Shown in pieces: positions 1 to 13,065 of a DNA stretch of 64,000 nt. The translations under genes were made by a program, and so were the position numbers. Numbering within the stretch: position 1 is the stretch's first letter; each line of letters opens with the position of its first letter. Source of the stretch: the human T2T-CHM13v2.0 reference genome, Homo sapiens. The stretch lies in NCBI RefSeq assembly GCF_009914755.1, contig NC_060935.1, one strand, 5' to 3'. The notes under the pieces were generated by a model. That model was not told where the DNA came from. It made no database searches and worked only from the letters and a program-made list of their open reading frames with translations.

Positions 1-477
1 GTTTTCCATAATAATTCCAAAGTCCACCACTCCTTAAATAATCATATCAAAGATATTGATTTTGTTGGTGTCTTTTCTTGTTATTACAAATAAATTTGTT
101 ACCTGTTATTTCAGTCTAAATACAACACTGCTTACAAACTTTTTACAATCAGAGTCTCTATTGTAGGGTAGTGATTTATCTAAATAATTAGAAAGTATAT
201 ACTGAGCACAAAGACAAACCTTACCTATCTTTGTATCCTCCAACAATACTATCTCAGTACCCTGGATTGGTGGTTTTGTTAAACTAAAGTTATAGTTCCA
301 AAACATTAAAGAAATTCACTTGCAAGGCAAAAGAAATTTAAATTTCCGTTTAATTTTGTATATATTTAGAGAAAAGATACAAAAAAGACGAAAAGCAAGA
401 GCACTGTAAAAGATAGGAAATGCTAAAAAGATAAAATAAGTGAGGTAGAAACGTTTAGTTCCTTTTTAAAGTACATT

Positions 478-1551
478 ATTATTTTTATTTTATTATTATT
501 TATTTCAATAGTGTTTTGGGAAACAGGTGGTGTTTGGTTACATGAATAAGTACTTTAGTGGTGATTTCTGAGATTTTGGTGCACCCATCACCCAAGCAGT
601 GTGCACTGTACCCAATGTGTAGTCTTTTGTCCCTCACCCCCCAACACCCTTTCCCCGAGTCCCCAAAATCCATTATATCAATCTTATGCCTTGTGTTCTC
701 ATAGCTTAGCTCCCAAATATGAGTGAGAACATGATGTTTGGTTTTCCATTCCTGAGTTACTTCACTTAGAATAATAGTCTCCAGTTCCATCCAGGTTGCT
801 GCAAATGCCATTATTCCATTCCTTTTTATGGCTGAGTAGTATTCCATGGTATACATATACCACGCTTTCTTTACCCACTTGTTGATTGATGAGCACTTGG
901 GCTGGTTCCATATTTTTGCAATTGCTAATTATGCTGCTATAAACATGCATGTGCAAGCATCTTTTTTGTATAATGACTTCTTTTCCTCTGGGTAAATATC
1001 TAGTAGTGGGATTGCTGGATCAAATGGTAGATCTACTTTTAGTTCTTTAAGTAATCTCCACACTGTTTTCCACAGTGGTTGTACTAGTTTACATCCCTAC
1101 CAACAGTGTAGAAGTGTTCCCTTTTCACCACATCAACAATTATTATTTTTGATCATTTGATTATGTCCAGTTTTGCAAGAGCAAGATGGTATCACATTGT
1201 GGTTTTGATTTGCATTTCCCTGATCATTAGTGATATTCAGCATTTTTTCATGTTTGTTGGCCATTTGTATATCTTCTTTTCAGAACTGTGTATTCATATT
1301 CTTAGCCCACTTTTGATGGATTATTTTTTTTTTCTTGCTGATTTGTTTGAGTTCCTTGTAGATTCTGGACATTAGTCCTTTGTCGGTTGTACAGATTGTG
1401 CAAATTGTCTCCCACTATATGGGTTATCTGGTTACTCGGCTGATTATTTCTTTTGCTCTGCAGCTTTTTAGTTTAATTAAGTCCCATCTATTTATCTTTG
1501 ATTTTTGTTGTCGTTGTTGTGTTGTTTTGCATTTGTTTTTGGGTTCTTAGT
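478..1551 (-). mobile_element. LINE-1 3' end, L1PB1/2-like (3'UTR plus ORF2 C-terminus), cut by THE1
   Basis: T-rich tail followed by 'ttggggaacaggtggtgtttggttacatgaataag'-type L1PB 3'UTR; ORF 500..856 gives L1 ORF2 C-terminal motif 'MEYYSAIKRN..FAATWMELETIILSEV'. Confidence 0.9.
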
Positions 1552-2222
1552 TGATATTGTTTGGTTGTGTCCCCACCCAAATGTCATCTTGAATTCCCAT
1601 GTGTTGTGGGAGGGACCCAGTGGGAGGTAACTGAATCATGGGTAACTTTCCTGTGTTATTCTTGTGAAAGTGAGTAAGTCTCAGGAGATCTGATGGAATT
1701 ATAAAACTCCCTTTTATAAGCCCATTGATGGGTTTATAAGAGAGCTCTCCTCTCTTTACCCACCTCCATCCATGTAAGACATGACTTGCTCCTCCTTGCC
1801 TTCCTCCATGATTGTGAGGCCTCCTCAGCCAAGTGAACTGTAAGTCCAATTTTCTTTTGTAAATTGCCCAATTTTGTATATGTCTTTATCAGCAGCATGA
1901 AAATGGACTAATACAGTAAATTGGTACCAGTAGAGTAGAGCACTGGTGAAAAGATACCTGAAAATGTGGAAGCAACTTTGAATTTTCACCTCTTGTGGGA
2001 GAGACCTGATAAGAGGTACTTGAATCATGGGGGCAGGTCTTTCCCATGCTATTCTTATGATAGTGTATAAGTATCAGGAGATCTGATGAGTTTCTAAAGG
2101 GGAGTTTCCCTGAACAGCCTCTCCTCTGTTTGCCTGCCACCATCCATATAAGACATGGCTTGCTTCTCCTTGCCTTCCACCATAATTGTGAGGCCTCCCC
2201 AGCTACATGAACTGTAAGTCCA
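1552..2222 (+). mobile_element. THE1 (MaLR) remnant: full LTR 1552-1915, ~65 bp internal start, partial second LTR ~1983-2222
   Basis: LTR termini 'tgatattgtttggttgtgtccccacccaaat' ... 'aaatggactaataca'; internal start 'gtaaattggtaccagtagagt'; second copy of 'gaatcatgggggcaggtctttccc'. Confidence 0.9.
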
Positions 2223-2269
2223 TATCATATAGCCAAAATATCCACTGTTCAATAAAAAAATTATTTAAA

Positions 2270-3476
2270 ACAAGAATCTCAACAATATCTTTGGGATCTA
2301 TATTATGGAGAGTTCATATGCTTGACACAAAAACACGATCCATAAAACAAAAAATTGATAAATTGAACTTCATCAAAATTTAAAACTTTTGTTCTCTGAA
2401 AAACCCTATTAAGAGTGGATGAGAAGACAAGCTAAAGTCTGACAGAAAATATTTGCAAGCCACATATTTCAGTGAATACTGCTATATAAAATACCGAACA
2501 CTGAAAACTCAACTGTAAAGATCCAAACCATCCAAACCATCCATTTGAAAATGGGCAAAAGGCAAGAACAGATCTTTTGAGGAATATGGAGATGGCTAAC
2601 AAGAACATGAAAAGATGTTAAACACCTTTAGCCATCTATGAAATGCAAATTAAAACTATAAAGAGATATGATTGCATACTTATCACAGTAGCTAAGATAA
2701 CAATTAAAAAAGAAACATAAGGCCAATACCAAATGCTGGCAAGGATATGAAGAAATTTAAACACACATGTAATGTTGGTGGTAGTGTAAGATGAAAACCA
2801 CTTTGGAAAAATATTTGGTAGTTTCTTAAACACCTATACCTGCAATTCCCATGTGACTAATCAGTCACACTCTTCAGCATTTATCTCAGAGAAATAAAAA
2901 CATATACTTATACAAAATCCTGTCCATGAATGGTCACAGCAATTTTATTTATAATTGCCAAAAACTGGAAACAGCCCAGATGTCCTTCAAGGGATAAATG
3001 GTTAAACAAACCATGGCACATTCATACCATGGAATACCAGTCAGCTCTAAGTAGCAGTGAACTACTGATACACAACTTGAATGGACATTGAAAGAATTAT
3101 GTTAAATAGAAAAAAGAAGGTCAATCTCAAAAGGCTACATCTGTTTCCACTTATCTAACCTTCATAAAATGATAAGATTTTAGCAATGAGGTAGCGATTA
3201 GTGGTTGCCAGGCATTAAGTACTAGGAAGGGTAAGTTTGCGAAAAAAAAAAAAAAGTGCATACGGCCGTAAAAGGCCAAGATGAGGAATTCTTACGATGA
3301 TGGCAATGTTCTATACTTTGTGTCAATTTCATAGCCTTGCTGTGATAGTATACTATAGTTTTCCAAGTTGTTACCATTGAGGCATATTGGTTAAAGCATA
3401 CATGGATCTCTGTATTATTTCTTATACCTGCATGTGAATCTATAATTATCTCTACATTTAACAATTTAATATAAAA
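2270..3476 (+). mobile_element. Old LINE-1 3' region, L1MC1-like
   Basis: Degenerate ORF2 3' sequence ('aaattgataaattgaacttcatcaaaatt') ending in L1MC-type 'gttaccattg...ggatctctgtattatttcttatacctgcatgtgaatctataattatctc'. Confidence 0.75.
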
Positions 3477-3861
3477 GCATCAAAACAAAACAAGAAAAAC
3501 AACAACAAAAACCACCATACCAAATTGAGAAGGAAAAATTTTCTATGTAGCACCTTTAACAGCACAATTTCTCAGCTCTTTATACAAGGGTTCCTCATAT
3601 GTTAGGTTTGCACTTGGCCCCACAAATTAAGTAGCTGGTAATATTTAAGGAAGATGTGTTTGTGTTTTGTCCTACTTTTATTAAACTTCCAAAAAATGCG
3701 TAAGACTGTAAGACTGCTAACTGTAACACCTTAGAAGGGATTTGCTGTCTGCTGTGTCTATCTTAAAGGATTTTCAGTTTCTGTTTTAGGTTTAAAGAGT
3801 AATCCTGCTCCAAATTGCAGTATTCTCCCCAATTCATTCACTTTCTTTTTCCTTCAGATGT

Positions 3862-3906
3862 CTCTCTCTCTCTCTCTCTCTCTTTCTCTTTCTCTCTCTC
3901 TCTATC
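3862..3906. repeat. (CT)n microsatellite
   Basis: Direct reading. Confidence 0.95.
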
Positions 3907-4224
3907 TGTCTTGTCTCCTTTCCCATCACCAGATTCCACAATTCCATTCTGAGTCATTTCACTAACACACCATGTAGAGGTTCTCTTTCTAAACATTCCC
4001 CAGGAAATTGCTGTCTTTTCTGTTTCTACTTCCAAGAATCTATACCTTCTAACATAGAAAATGTTCAATATTCAGAGCTTACAAAATCAAATATGCTTAA
4101 GGGACAAAATGAGCAATGAAATTGAATGAAATGAGCTGTGAATAAGAAGGAAGCTATCAGTAGGGACTATGTTGAATCTCCTTGCAAAGCTGGGGTCAGC
4201 AGTCTTTATCTCTCTTTGACTCTA

Positions 4225-4592
4225 AGGTGGTATCACCTGGGAGGATTTTTACAATATACTGATCCAGAAACAATTCAAGAACAACTAAATGAGAATCGTT
4301 GTTATTAGAGTCAGGGCATAGTATTTTTTTAAAGTTATCCAAGAGAGCAGATGTGCAGGTAAGGTTAGAAAATCATAATCAATTGTTCTTAAATGTAAAT
4401 GAGCATAAGAACTACCTGAAAGGGTTTTATAAATGAAGATTACCCCGACAATTTCTCAGGAAATTCTCAGTGAAAAAAATGTAATTCTCAGAAATCATCA
4501 TTTTAGCAATGCCTCCCCACTATTACACATGCTGGGTCGTTTAGATTCAGAGGGTTTATCGACGAAAATCTCAGATTCACTGTTTGAGATTT
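4225..4592. mobile_element. Degenerate MER5-type hAT DNA transposon fragments
   Basis: 'tcacctgggagg...', 'ttcttaaatgtaaatgagcataagaactacctgaaagggtttta' resemble MER5 motifs; highly diverged. Confidence 0.4.
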
Positions 4593-4806
4593 TAAAACCT
4601 CTTTTCTAGCATAATACTGAATAAGTATTCTGCATTACCCTACTCTGATATATTTGCATTTTAATGAGGTTAAAGTTCTAATAAGCCTCCTAAATGGTGG
4701 GTATATAGTTGGAGATGATAGACTGTAATATGAGTTTTGATAGTGGGTAGATGGACTGATCTTAGCTCTTTTAATTGTTATGTAACTGTATATAAGGTAT
4801 GCTCTA

Positions 4807-5185
<379 letters not shown>

Positions 5186-5479
5186 TTATCAAGAGAATTA
5201 TTTATCACTTACCTAATGCTTTAAGAAACAAAATTAAGTTCAGGAGGAAGATGGTATCTCCTGGGCAGGGCCATAGATGGCCTTCTTGTTTTATATTAAG
5301 TACAACAGAGCAGCATGTTCAGATTAGCTCTTACATGAGTAAAAAGCATAATAGGGTAAGAGGAACCACCAGGCATCTGGAACATGGGCAAATGCAGCAC
5401 TTCAGTGTCTGTTCGTTCCCAGGTATATTGCTGGATATCACATTTAATTTCCTTTTATCAACAGACAACCATAAAAGAA

Positions 5480-5790
5480 ATCCCATTTTATTTTTTCTAA
5501 AATACAAGGAAACTCAACTTCAGAGTTTCCTTAAGCCATATGCTCAAGGTCACAAGTGTGATATTAACTGCAATCATAACAGTCCTAATAACACTATAAC
5601 CCTCACATACTGAGGTATTATTCTATTCAGCATTTTGTTTTACACAAACTGTCTCTTCTGTGCCTCACAACAACCCCAGTATGTCCTGTGAGAAAATAGA
5701 TACATAAAGAGATTAAGAAGTGTGCCTAAAGCCTCGTATTAGAAACAACTCTGCTGGGAGCTAAACATGGGAGTCTGTCTCCGGAGCCTC
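5480..5790 (-). mobile_element. MIR fragments
   Basis: 'aaggaaactcaacttcagag...gctcaaggtcaca', 'cctcacaacaacccc...gagattaag' MIR core-like. Confidence 0.5.
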
Positions 5791-6784
5791 TTTACTAACT
5801 CCCTGCCTTAATCACAAAGCAGAGTTTGCATTTTTCTACAAGGCAAGGAAACCAAAACTGTATTCATGACAAAGTAATAGAGACCACAGAGATTACAGTC
5901 AGAGAGAAACAGTTAGTGAATAAATGGAAATTTTCTTGCATTTCCACTTGCTCAGTGCTAACTCACCGTGGTTAAGCTACAAAAATACTCAATGGAATCG
6001 AAGTATAGTGGAAAAATGAGATTGGGAGGAAAAAAAAGATCTCATATTATTGTTTGGAGTGGGTGCTTTTGCTAATTTTTTTCTATTTTTGCTTATATTT
6101 TATGTTATTTTTTGAGGGGGATAGTATTGGAGGGGCTGTAATAAGAGAATGTATTACCAAATAATAAAAAGCAACTGAATGGGATGTTTTCAGGCACTGA
6201 AACACTGGTGAAGAGGGTGACAACAATGTAATGTTAGAGAAACCTTTTCAACTCTAGGATTCTATAACCATCAGAAACTCAATGAACAGCAGTAGAAACG
6301 CACCTGATCACTTAGTGAAAAAATGGTTGTTTTTGATTCTGAGTGGAAGTACAGGACTCATCTGGTCCCCATTTCAAATTACAACTATCATGGGTGTTTT
6401 TCCTCAAGATGTTCAACTGTCCTGATCACCTTCAATTTACACAAGTCAATTAATAAATGTATTTACGAAGTTTCAATATGAGAAAAATATCCTTGACAAA
6501 GAAAAAAATAAATAAACAAAACAACCCTATTCGTGGGTAGGTGACTACACTGAGTACTTTCTCCTATGAGAGAAGCATACCTGAGTTCTCAGTGGATAAA
6601 GAAGAAAGCGAGTCACCAGACCAATTACTCACACCTGAGATGGATTTATATGAGGGAGAACACTTAGCCTGGTACTCAAGAAGACATAAACTTTACTCCT
6701 GCTTTTGCTGATTCCTAATTTTGTTATCTTAGACAAGTAGCTTTGATATTCTAAATTTATCTCCATCTATAGAATATAAAAGAA

Positions 6785-6972
6785 TGGTTCTCAAACTTTT
6801 TGGTGCTTTAAAACTCCCCAACATATTTTTTTAAAACCATATATGCAGGTTCCATTCATTCCTTTTAGGATGTGGGCAGGCCTCGAGTAAGACACAGGAA
6901 TCTAAAACATCTTAAGAAATAAACTTTGATTATTCTTCTATAAAAGTTTTATGTTCATACTTTAAGAAACTG
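6785..6972. mobile_element. MER5-like DNA transposon fragment
   Basis: 'aatggttctcaaactttt' ... 'actttaagaaactg' resemble MER5 terminal inverted repeats. Confidence 0.45.
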
Positions 6973-8647
6973 ACACTGATGTCTTTCACGATTATAACAA
7001 TAATTATATGCATCACAGTTATTAAATATTTCTCATAAAAGTTGTCTGAAATTTTAATGTCAAAGATTTGTGAACCAAGGACACAGTCCCTAGGTTGCTG
7101 TCAGGGATCATGTTTATTCATAGATACCTTTCTATGTTCTCATGCTCCCTGTACCCTCTTCAAGGAATATAAGAATTAGCATTGGTCCTTTGATTCGTTT
7201 TAATAGATGTAGAAAATTTGAAATGGCTCATCAAGACCTTAGAGATATATTAAATTTTCAGTTCAAAATATATTTAAATTACTTTAGAATGACTTGGTAT
7301 TCTCAGCAGTTTTGCTTAAATGACAACATTGAAGTCAAACAAGAGAAAAAAATACATATACCTTTTCCCATCTCATTTCCTCCAGCTTCTAAATGTGCCT
7401 GATACTGTTTTATAGCATATCTATAATTAAACAAATTGTGCATTTTATTTTAATTTAAGGATTAAGATTCAGTCCTCTATTTAAATGAGTTTTGCAATGT
7501 TTCCAACTCAGAGGTAAAAACCATTTAATTTGTCGTAATGCACTGAGGAAATGAAAAGCAACAATGCCTTTTGCTTTGCTTAGCACAGGGAGCCCTACTC
7601 AGTTTTCTGTTGTTACACTTGCTTGCCTGTCCTTGACTAAAGGGAGTTTATTCAACAGAATGGCATTGTCTAGGGACAATGGGAGGAAAAAATGTGTAGA
7701 AAGTAGTAAGTCTTAGAGTTGAGAAACGTTTGCCAGCCTTTTCAAGTTAGAACTGAATTTTGGCAGAGATTTGTGAAATCCTTGCTTGTTATTTTCCATG
7801 TTTATTGTGTGATATTTGCAGGCTTAAATTAACTGTTAACAGACATTTTGTTAAATAAATTTTAAAAAACCGTAGGCTATTCATGCCTTGGTGAGCTGGA
7901 CAGAGACCACATACCATTGTTACTTGGGCAACACTTCATCGCGCCATCTGAACAAGTTGGCTTCATATACAGCATTCTTATAAATGGCATTTTTCAATAA
8001 GCAGGCTTACCTCCAGATATTATAAAACTGAATGTGTAATTTCCAAGGTCTTTGAATCAATTGGCTGTTTTCTCACGGGTATCTGTCATATAATACCTGA
8101 ATTTAGAGTATGTCATAATATTACTCTAATTTTATTTTTGTATTGGTAATTAGGGTTAATTTGAGGAAATAAAATGGGAAATATAAGCCACATTAAAATG
8201 TATAGTCAGAAGATGGCCAAAACAACTATGTACAAATACAGTACAAAGCTATATTTAATCCATAACTCTGTGAATGCTCACACCCTAAACCCCACTACCG
8301 TACTCGTGATGGCTGCCTTCTTTGTGTCTCTGGAGTATTTCCTTTATAGCAGTACTAGAGCCAGTGTCACAGTGTATGTGATTACTTGTATAGGATTTAC
8401 TTACTTTTTAAGACTTCTCTTTTTGCATTAGATGGTTAGCAATTCATCATCAGTTAGCATGTCCATATTGTATTAATTTTACCACCTACCAAAATATTTG
8501 CTTGTAACATACATTCAGTAATATTTGTTGACTATAATTACACAATTTTCAAGTTAGATGGCATTGTAGATTGTAATACAGTTAACTCTTTCACTTGAGA
8601 TGAGGAATTACTATTCAAAGAGGAATCCAATTTGCCTATGTTTACCT

Positions 8648-8900
8648 GAATGCAGTGGCGTGATCTCGGCTCACTGCAACCTCCACTTCCTAGGTTCAAG
8701 CAATTCTCATGCCTCAGCCTCCTGAGTACCTGGGATTACAGGCGCCTGCCACCACACCCAGCTAATTTCTTTCGTATTTTACTAGAGATGGGGTTTCACT
8801 GTGTTGCCGAGGCTGGTCTCAAACTCTTGCGCTCAGACAATCCACCCGCCTGGGCCTCCCAAAGTGCTAGGATTACAGGCATGAGCCAATGCACCCGGCC
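8648..8900 (-). mobile_element. AluS lacking 3' end and poly(A)
   Basis: 'tgcagtggcgtgatctcggctcactgcaacc' ... 'gcacccggcc'; no poly-T or TSD. Confidence 0.93.
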
Positions 8901-9687
8901 TAGTAGTTAATTTATATCAGAATCCACATGGCTTGTACTGTCTCTGCGTATAACACTCATACAGTTCTACAACTGGGTTTAGTCATTGTTTAGGTAAGCA
9001 TGTAGTATTCCATCTTGTGAATTTTAATCTTTTTATTTATTGCCAATTTCTGGCTTTTTCTGAATAGTAACACTGAATTAAATCATTTTAATGTGAAAAT
9101 TCCATTTGGTACAAGTGCTAATATTGAAGAAAAACTTGCTCAAAATGCAAATGTATTTCTAAGCAAGCTGGTTCTTGATTATGGTTATGTCCCTTTGGAA
9201 TATTCTAAATAGGATGTTTGTTTCTGGTCTTCAACCTTTCTCATCTCTTAATTAAATGAGATGGGGGGATTGGAGTGGCTGGATTTTTTAATTTCATTTT
9301 GTTTTTCCTTGTTATATATATTTTCTGTGTACTAGAACTACTGGTTGCTTAATTATACATCTGACTTAACTATCTTGAGGTATTTAAATGTGTTTGAGAG
9401 GTGGCATAAGAAATTAAACTTGTCTCTTTTATAATGTAGAACAAAGCAATAAATACAAAAACAAGATAAGAGCAATGGACAGAGAGAAGCAAATTCAAAT
9501 GGCTTTGTGATAACAAATTGAATAACCACTTCATCTTTTTTATTAAAAAAAACAAAATGATTTGTTCTGAAATTAAAACATAGTTATAAATAAATTTTAA
9601 AAAATAAGAAAATACACCTTTTAAAGGATCCAAGAGGGCAAGGTACTTGAGTGAAGACATTTTTTTCTTGCTGTGAATCATATAAAA

Positions 9688-9718
9688 TGAGAGAGAGAGA
9701 GAGCGAGAGAGAGAGAGA
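9688..9718. repeat. (GA)n microsatellite
   Basis: Direct reading. Confidence 0.9.
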
Positions 9719-11221
9719 TGAACCACCACGAGCTCAGAGGAAAAACGATAGCAAATACTTCGATAATGTTAAGATAACGTGAAGACAACAATCAGTATGC
9801 TGGCATCAGGGATTGTAAAAAATACAACAAATGTTGCCATTTCTCTTATATACATTAACTATTATAAAAGAAATTTTCATGGAAGAGAAGAGATGCTGGG
9901 GAGGGGTAGGAGGAAAAAAACTAAACTTAATTAAGCACCTACCATGTGGAAAAACTCTTCATATAAGGAAACAACACATGTTTTTTGTTTGTTTAAGCCT
10001 TCTAACACCCTTTTAAGTGAATAATGTTTTGCTTGGTTTGCAGTTGAGGAATCATATTTCCAATGAGATGACACAACTTTTTCAAATCTACACAACAAAT
10101 GTTAAAGGATTTCTAACCTGAAATGGCCTAACACACCTCTTTCTATTATACTGTGCTACCTATAAAGAGATGAGAAATTATTAATATCATTGTTGAGCAA
10201 CTGTATTTACTTCCTGAGTTGTGTTGCACATGTCATCACATTTTACTGTGATATCAACATTAAGAATAAGTGTCATTTATCTCAACTTATAAATGAGAGA
10301 AAGGTTAAGTCTGTGTTTCCCAAACACTGATTGACAGAAGGGTGTTGCTTGTGGTAAAATTTTCCACATTTCGTATTTGTATTATAGAAAACAAGGCATT
10401 AAAAAATACATATAATGATAACATAGTGATTTTTCTCCCTGTGTTTTCAGAGTTAAGACATTCTTTCCTTCTCATTTTTGAAATACTGCTAAAAAGATAG
10501 GAATTGTTACCAATTATACTTACTGTTTTAATGTAAACTTTTAAAGTTAGCAATTACAATATTTATTATTCCTTTTTATTTTATTCTGTATTCATTAACA
10601 CACAATTGCAAAGAGAAATGGAAAAGGTTTTTTAATTAGATATAGGTATAAAATTTTAAAATTATAGGCTTTATTTGGCATTTTATGGAAAAGCAAGAGA
10701 TCTTTAAAACACCAATGAAACAATCAAGAGAACCATATTTCAAATTTTATGATGGAAACGATTGTACTAGCTCTCATGTATTTTTCCAAATGCAATTTTA
10801 TTCTTATTGGAGAAATGAGCACTTGCGTTTCAATCTTTCTTTATTCCAACATCAAAGTTTCAAAACCTAGTAGACTATTATATTTCTTATCCTTTCACTT
10901 TTTACAGGATGGCTTGAGAATAGAAAATTTTCTAATCTACATTAAAATTTCTTTTAAAGAAATAAGACATGTCTCTGTGAAACTGAATGACTCAGGAAAG
11001 ACCTAGACCTCACAAAATCTATCAAAATATTAAAATAAAACCTTTTTAAACTTCTACAACTATTATACTTGCCTCATAAAGTGTCACTGTATTTCACCCT
11101 TGCACCTGTAGTCTGTACACCACAAAAAGGCCGTAACAGCTCATTTAAAACATAGATCGTGGAACCTCTCCCCAAAAATGTTCTTATGGCTTCTAATTTG
11201 ATACAATATTCTCATCATGGT

Positions 11222-11491
11222 CCCTTTGTTGACCAGGCTGGAGTGCAGTGGCAAGATCTCAGCTCACTGCAACCTCTGCCTCCCGGGCTCAAGTGATTCT
11301 GCTGCCGCAGCCTCCCCAGTAGCCGAGATTACAGGCATGCACCACCCCGCCCAGCTAATATTTGTATTTTTAGTAGAGATGGGGTTTCCCCGTGTTGTCC
11401 AGGCTGGTCTTGAATTCCTGACCTCAAGTGATCCGCCAGCCTCACCCTCCCAAAGTGCTGGGATTACAGGTGTGAGCCATGGCACCCAGCC
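11222..11491 (-). mobile_element. AluS lacking poly(A) tail
   Basis: 'ttgttgaccaggctggagtgcagtgg' ... 'ggcacccagcc'; no poly-T upstream. Confidence 0.93.
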
Positions 11492-11839
11492 CCTATTGTG
11501 CGTTTCTTGTCCTTATCTCCTACTACTCTACCAAAGTCTCACTCAGCAGCTTGTCTCTATACCTCCTCTCAGGGTCTTTCTATTCCTCTTTAGACTGCTA
11601 TTCTGGGGTTGCTATGCCTTCAGTATCAAATTTCTCACTTTTTTGGGGCTTTTCTCAAATACCACCTTATCACAGAAGTGCATACTGATTATCTGATCTA
11701 AAATATCATCTCCACTCAGATGCCCCAATTCCATCATTTATCTCCATTTCTTTATTTGTTTTCCTAACATTTATTACTTCTTGACATTATTCCATACTGA
11801 CTTGTGGCTATCTAAAATATCATCTCCTTTAAAGTAGAA

Positions 11840-12190
11840 ATTTTATCTCTGATTTTCATGACTGCATATCCAAAGTTTGGCACAAAGTAGGGGCTTAACA
11901 AAAAATGATGGAATGAATAAATGAAAAATTCACTTTCTCACTGGCCTCCTTCCTTCTTTGTCATAGCCCTATAGTGACACTGAAATTGGCTTAAAATGTT
12001 TTCTGTTTAAGTCCTGGCTCTGCCCTTTGCAAGCTAATTATGCGTGTGAACTGAGGAGAGTATTCAGTCTTCCTGAAGTGAATGAGCCTTGCCTATCAAC
12101 CAAGGAGAAAGACACTTGCCCTCCTTACCTCACAGGATTGCTATGAGGACAAAATGGGATAACAAAGGTAAAAATGCATTGTAAACTTCT
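11840..12190 (+). mobile_element. L2 3' end (~11840-11925) followed by MIR (~12005-12190)
   Basis: 'tggcacaaagtagggg...gaatgaataaatgaa' L2 tail; 'gtcctggctctgcc...cttacctcacaggattgctatgagga' MIR. Confidence 0.6.
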
Positions 12191-13065
12191 AAGCACAGTT
12201 CTTAAGGGATAAAATTAAAAGACGTGTCTGATAGCTTGGTTTTAGATTTAGTTTAACACCTTGTTAATTTAAATACATAGTTTAATACACTGCATAATTT
12301 TACTTAGGAGCAGTGCTCTTTTTAATACCAGTTTTCTGGGTACAATTAAGAATAATTTTTTTTAGTGTAATTAATGGTCTATTTTGACATTTATATTCCA
12401 GTGTATTTAACGATGTTTGTGTATATGTGAGTGCCCACACCAACAGCTCTTCTTTAGATGTTTTTTTGTTTGTTTCATGTCAGATACATCTAGTTTAACA
12501 ACAAACTGATGTAGTTAAAAACTTAAGGTTACATGCCAACAAAACAGAGAGTAAATTTTTGTTGCATGAAAGAGTATTCAGACAAGCTGTGGGTTTTTGA
12601 GATAGATATTTAACATTTTCAGAACATGAGTGTTGACAATTTATTCTTTCCTTCCAAATCACCAGACAGAAGTATTAATAAAATGGACAAAATTAAATAG
12701 TCTGGCTACTTAAGAAGAACTATAAATTATCCTAATGAGAATGATGCAAGGATTTGAAATAAAGATAGGTCAGTAAATAGACAGTTATATAAATAGATAG
12801 ATATTGACATAGATAGAGACATATTAGATATATTTCACATTACTACATTATTCAGGCTACCCACACAAATAATTTAGGTGATACCCTAGTAAAGAGGTGT
12901 TAGCTATGACATCCGCATGTGACTAATCAGAGGTTCACAATACAAATATGGATTTTTGTGTCGCATAGTAGATTTACCACAAAATATGTTCTTCAGCTAA
13001 ATCCTAGGAAGCTGCTTTTTAATTATATACTCAAACCACTGCACACTCAATTTTAAGGTACCAGC

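Noticed and set aside
11217-11696. 159-aa ORF, and similar ORFs at 4862, 8650, 38364-38968 and 42478
   Set aside because: Alu-derived translations
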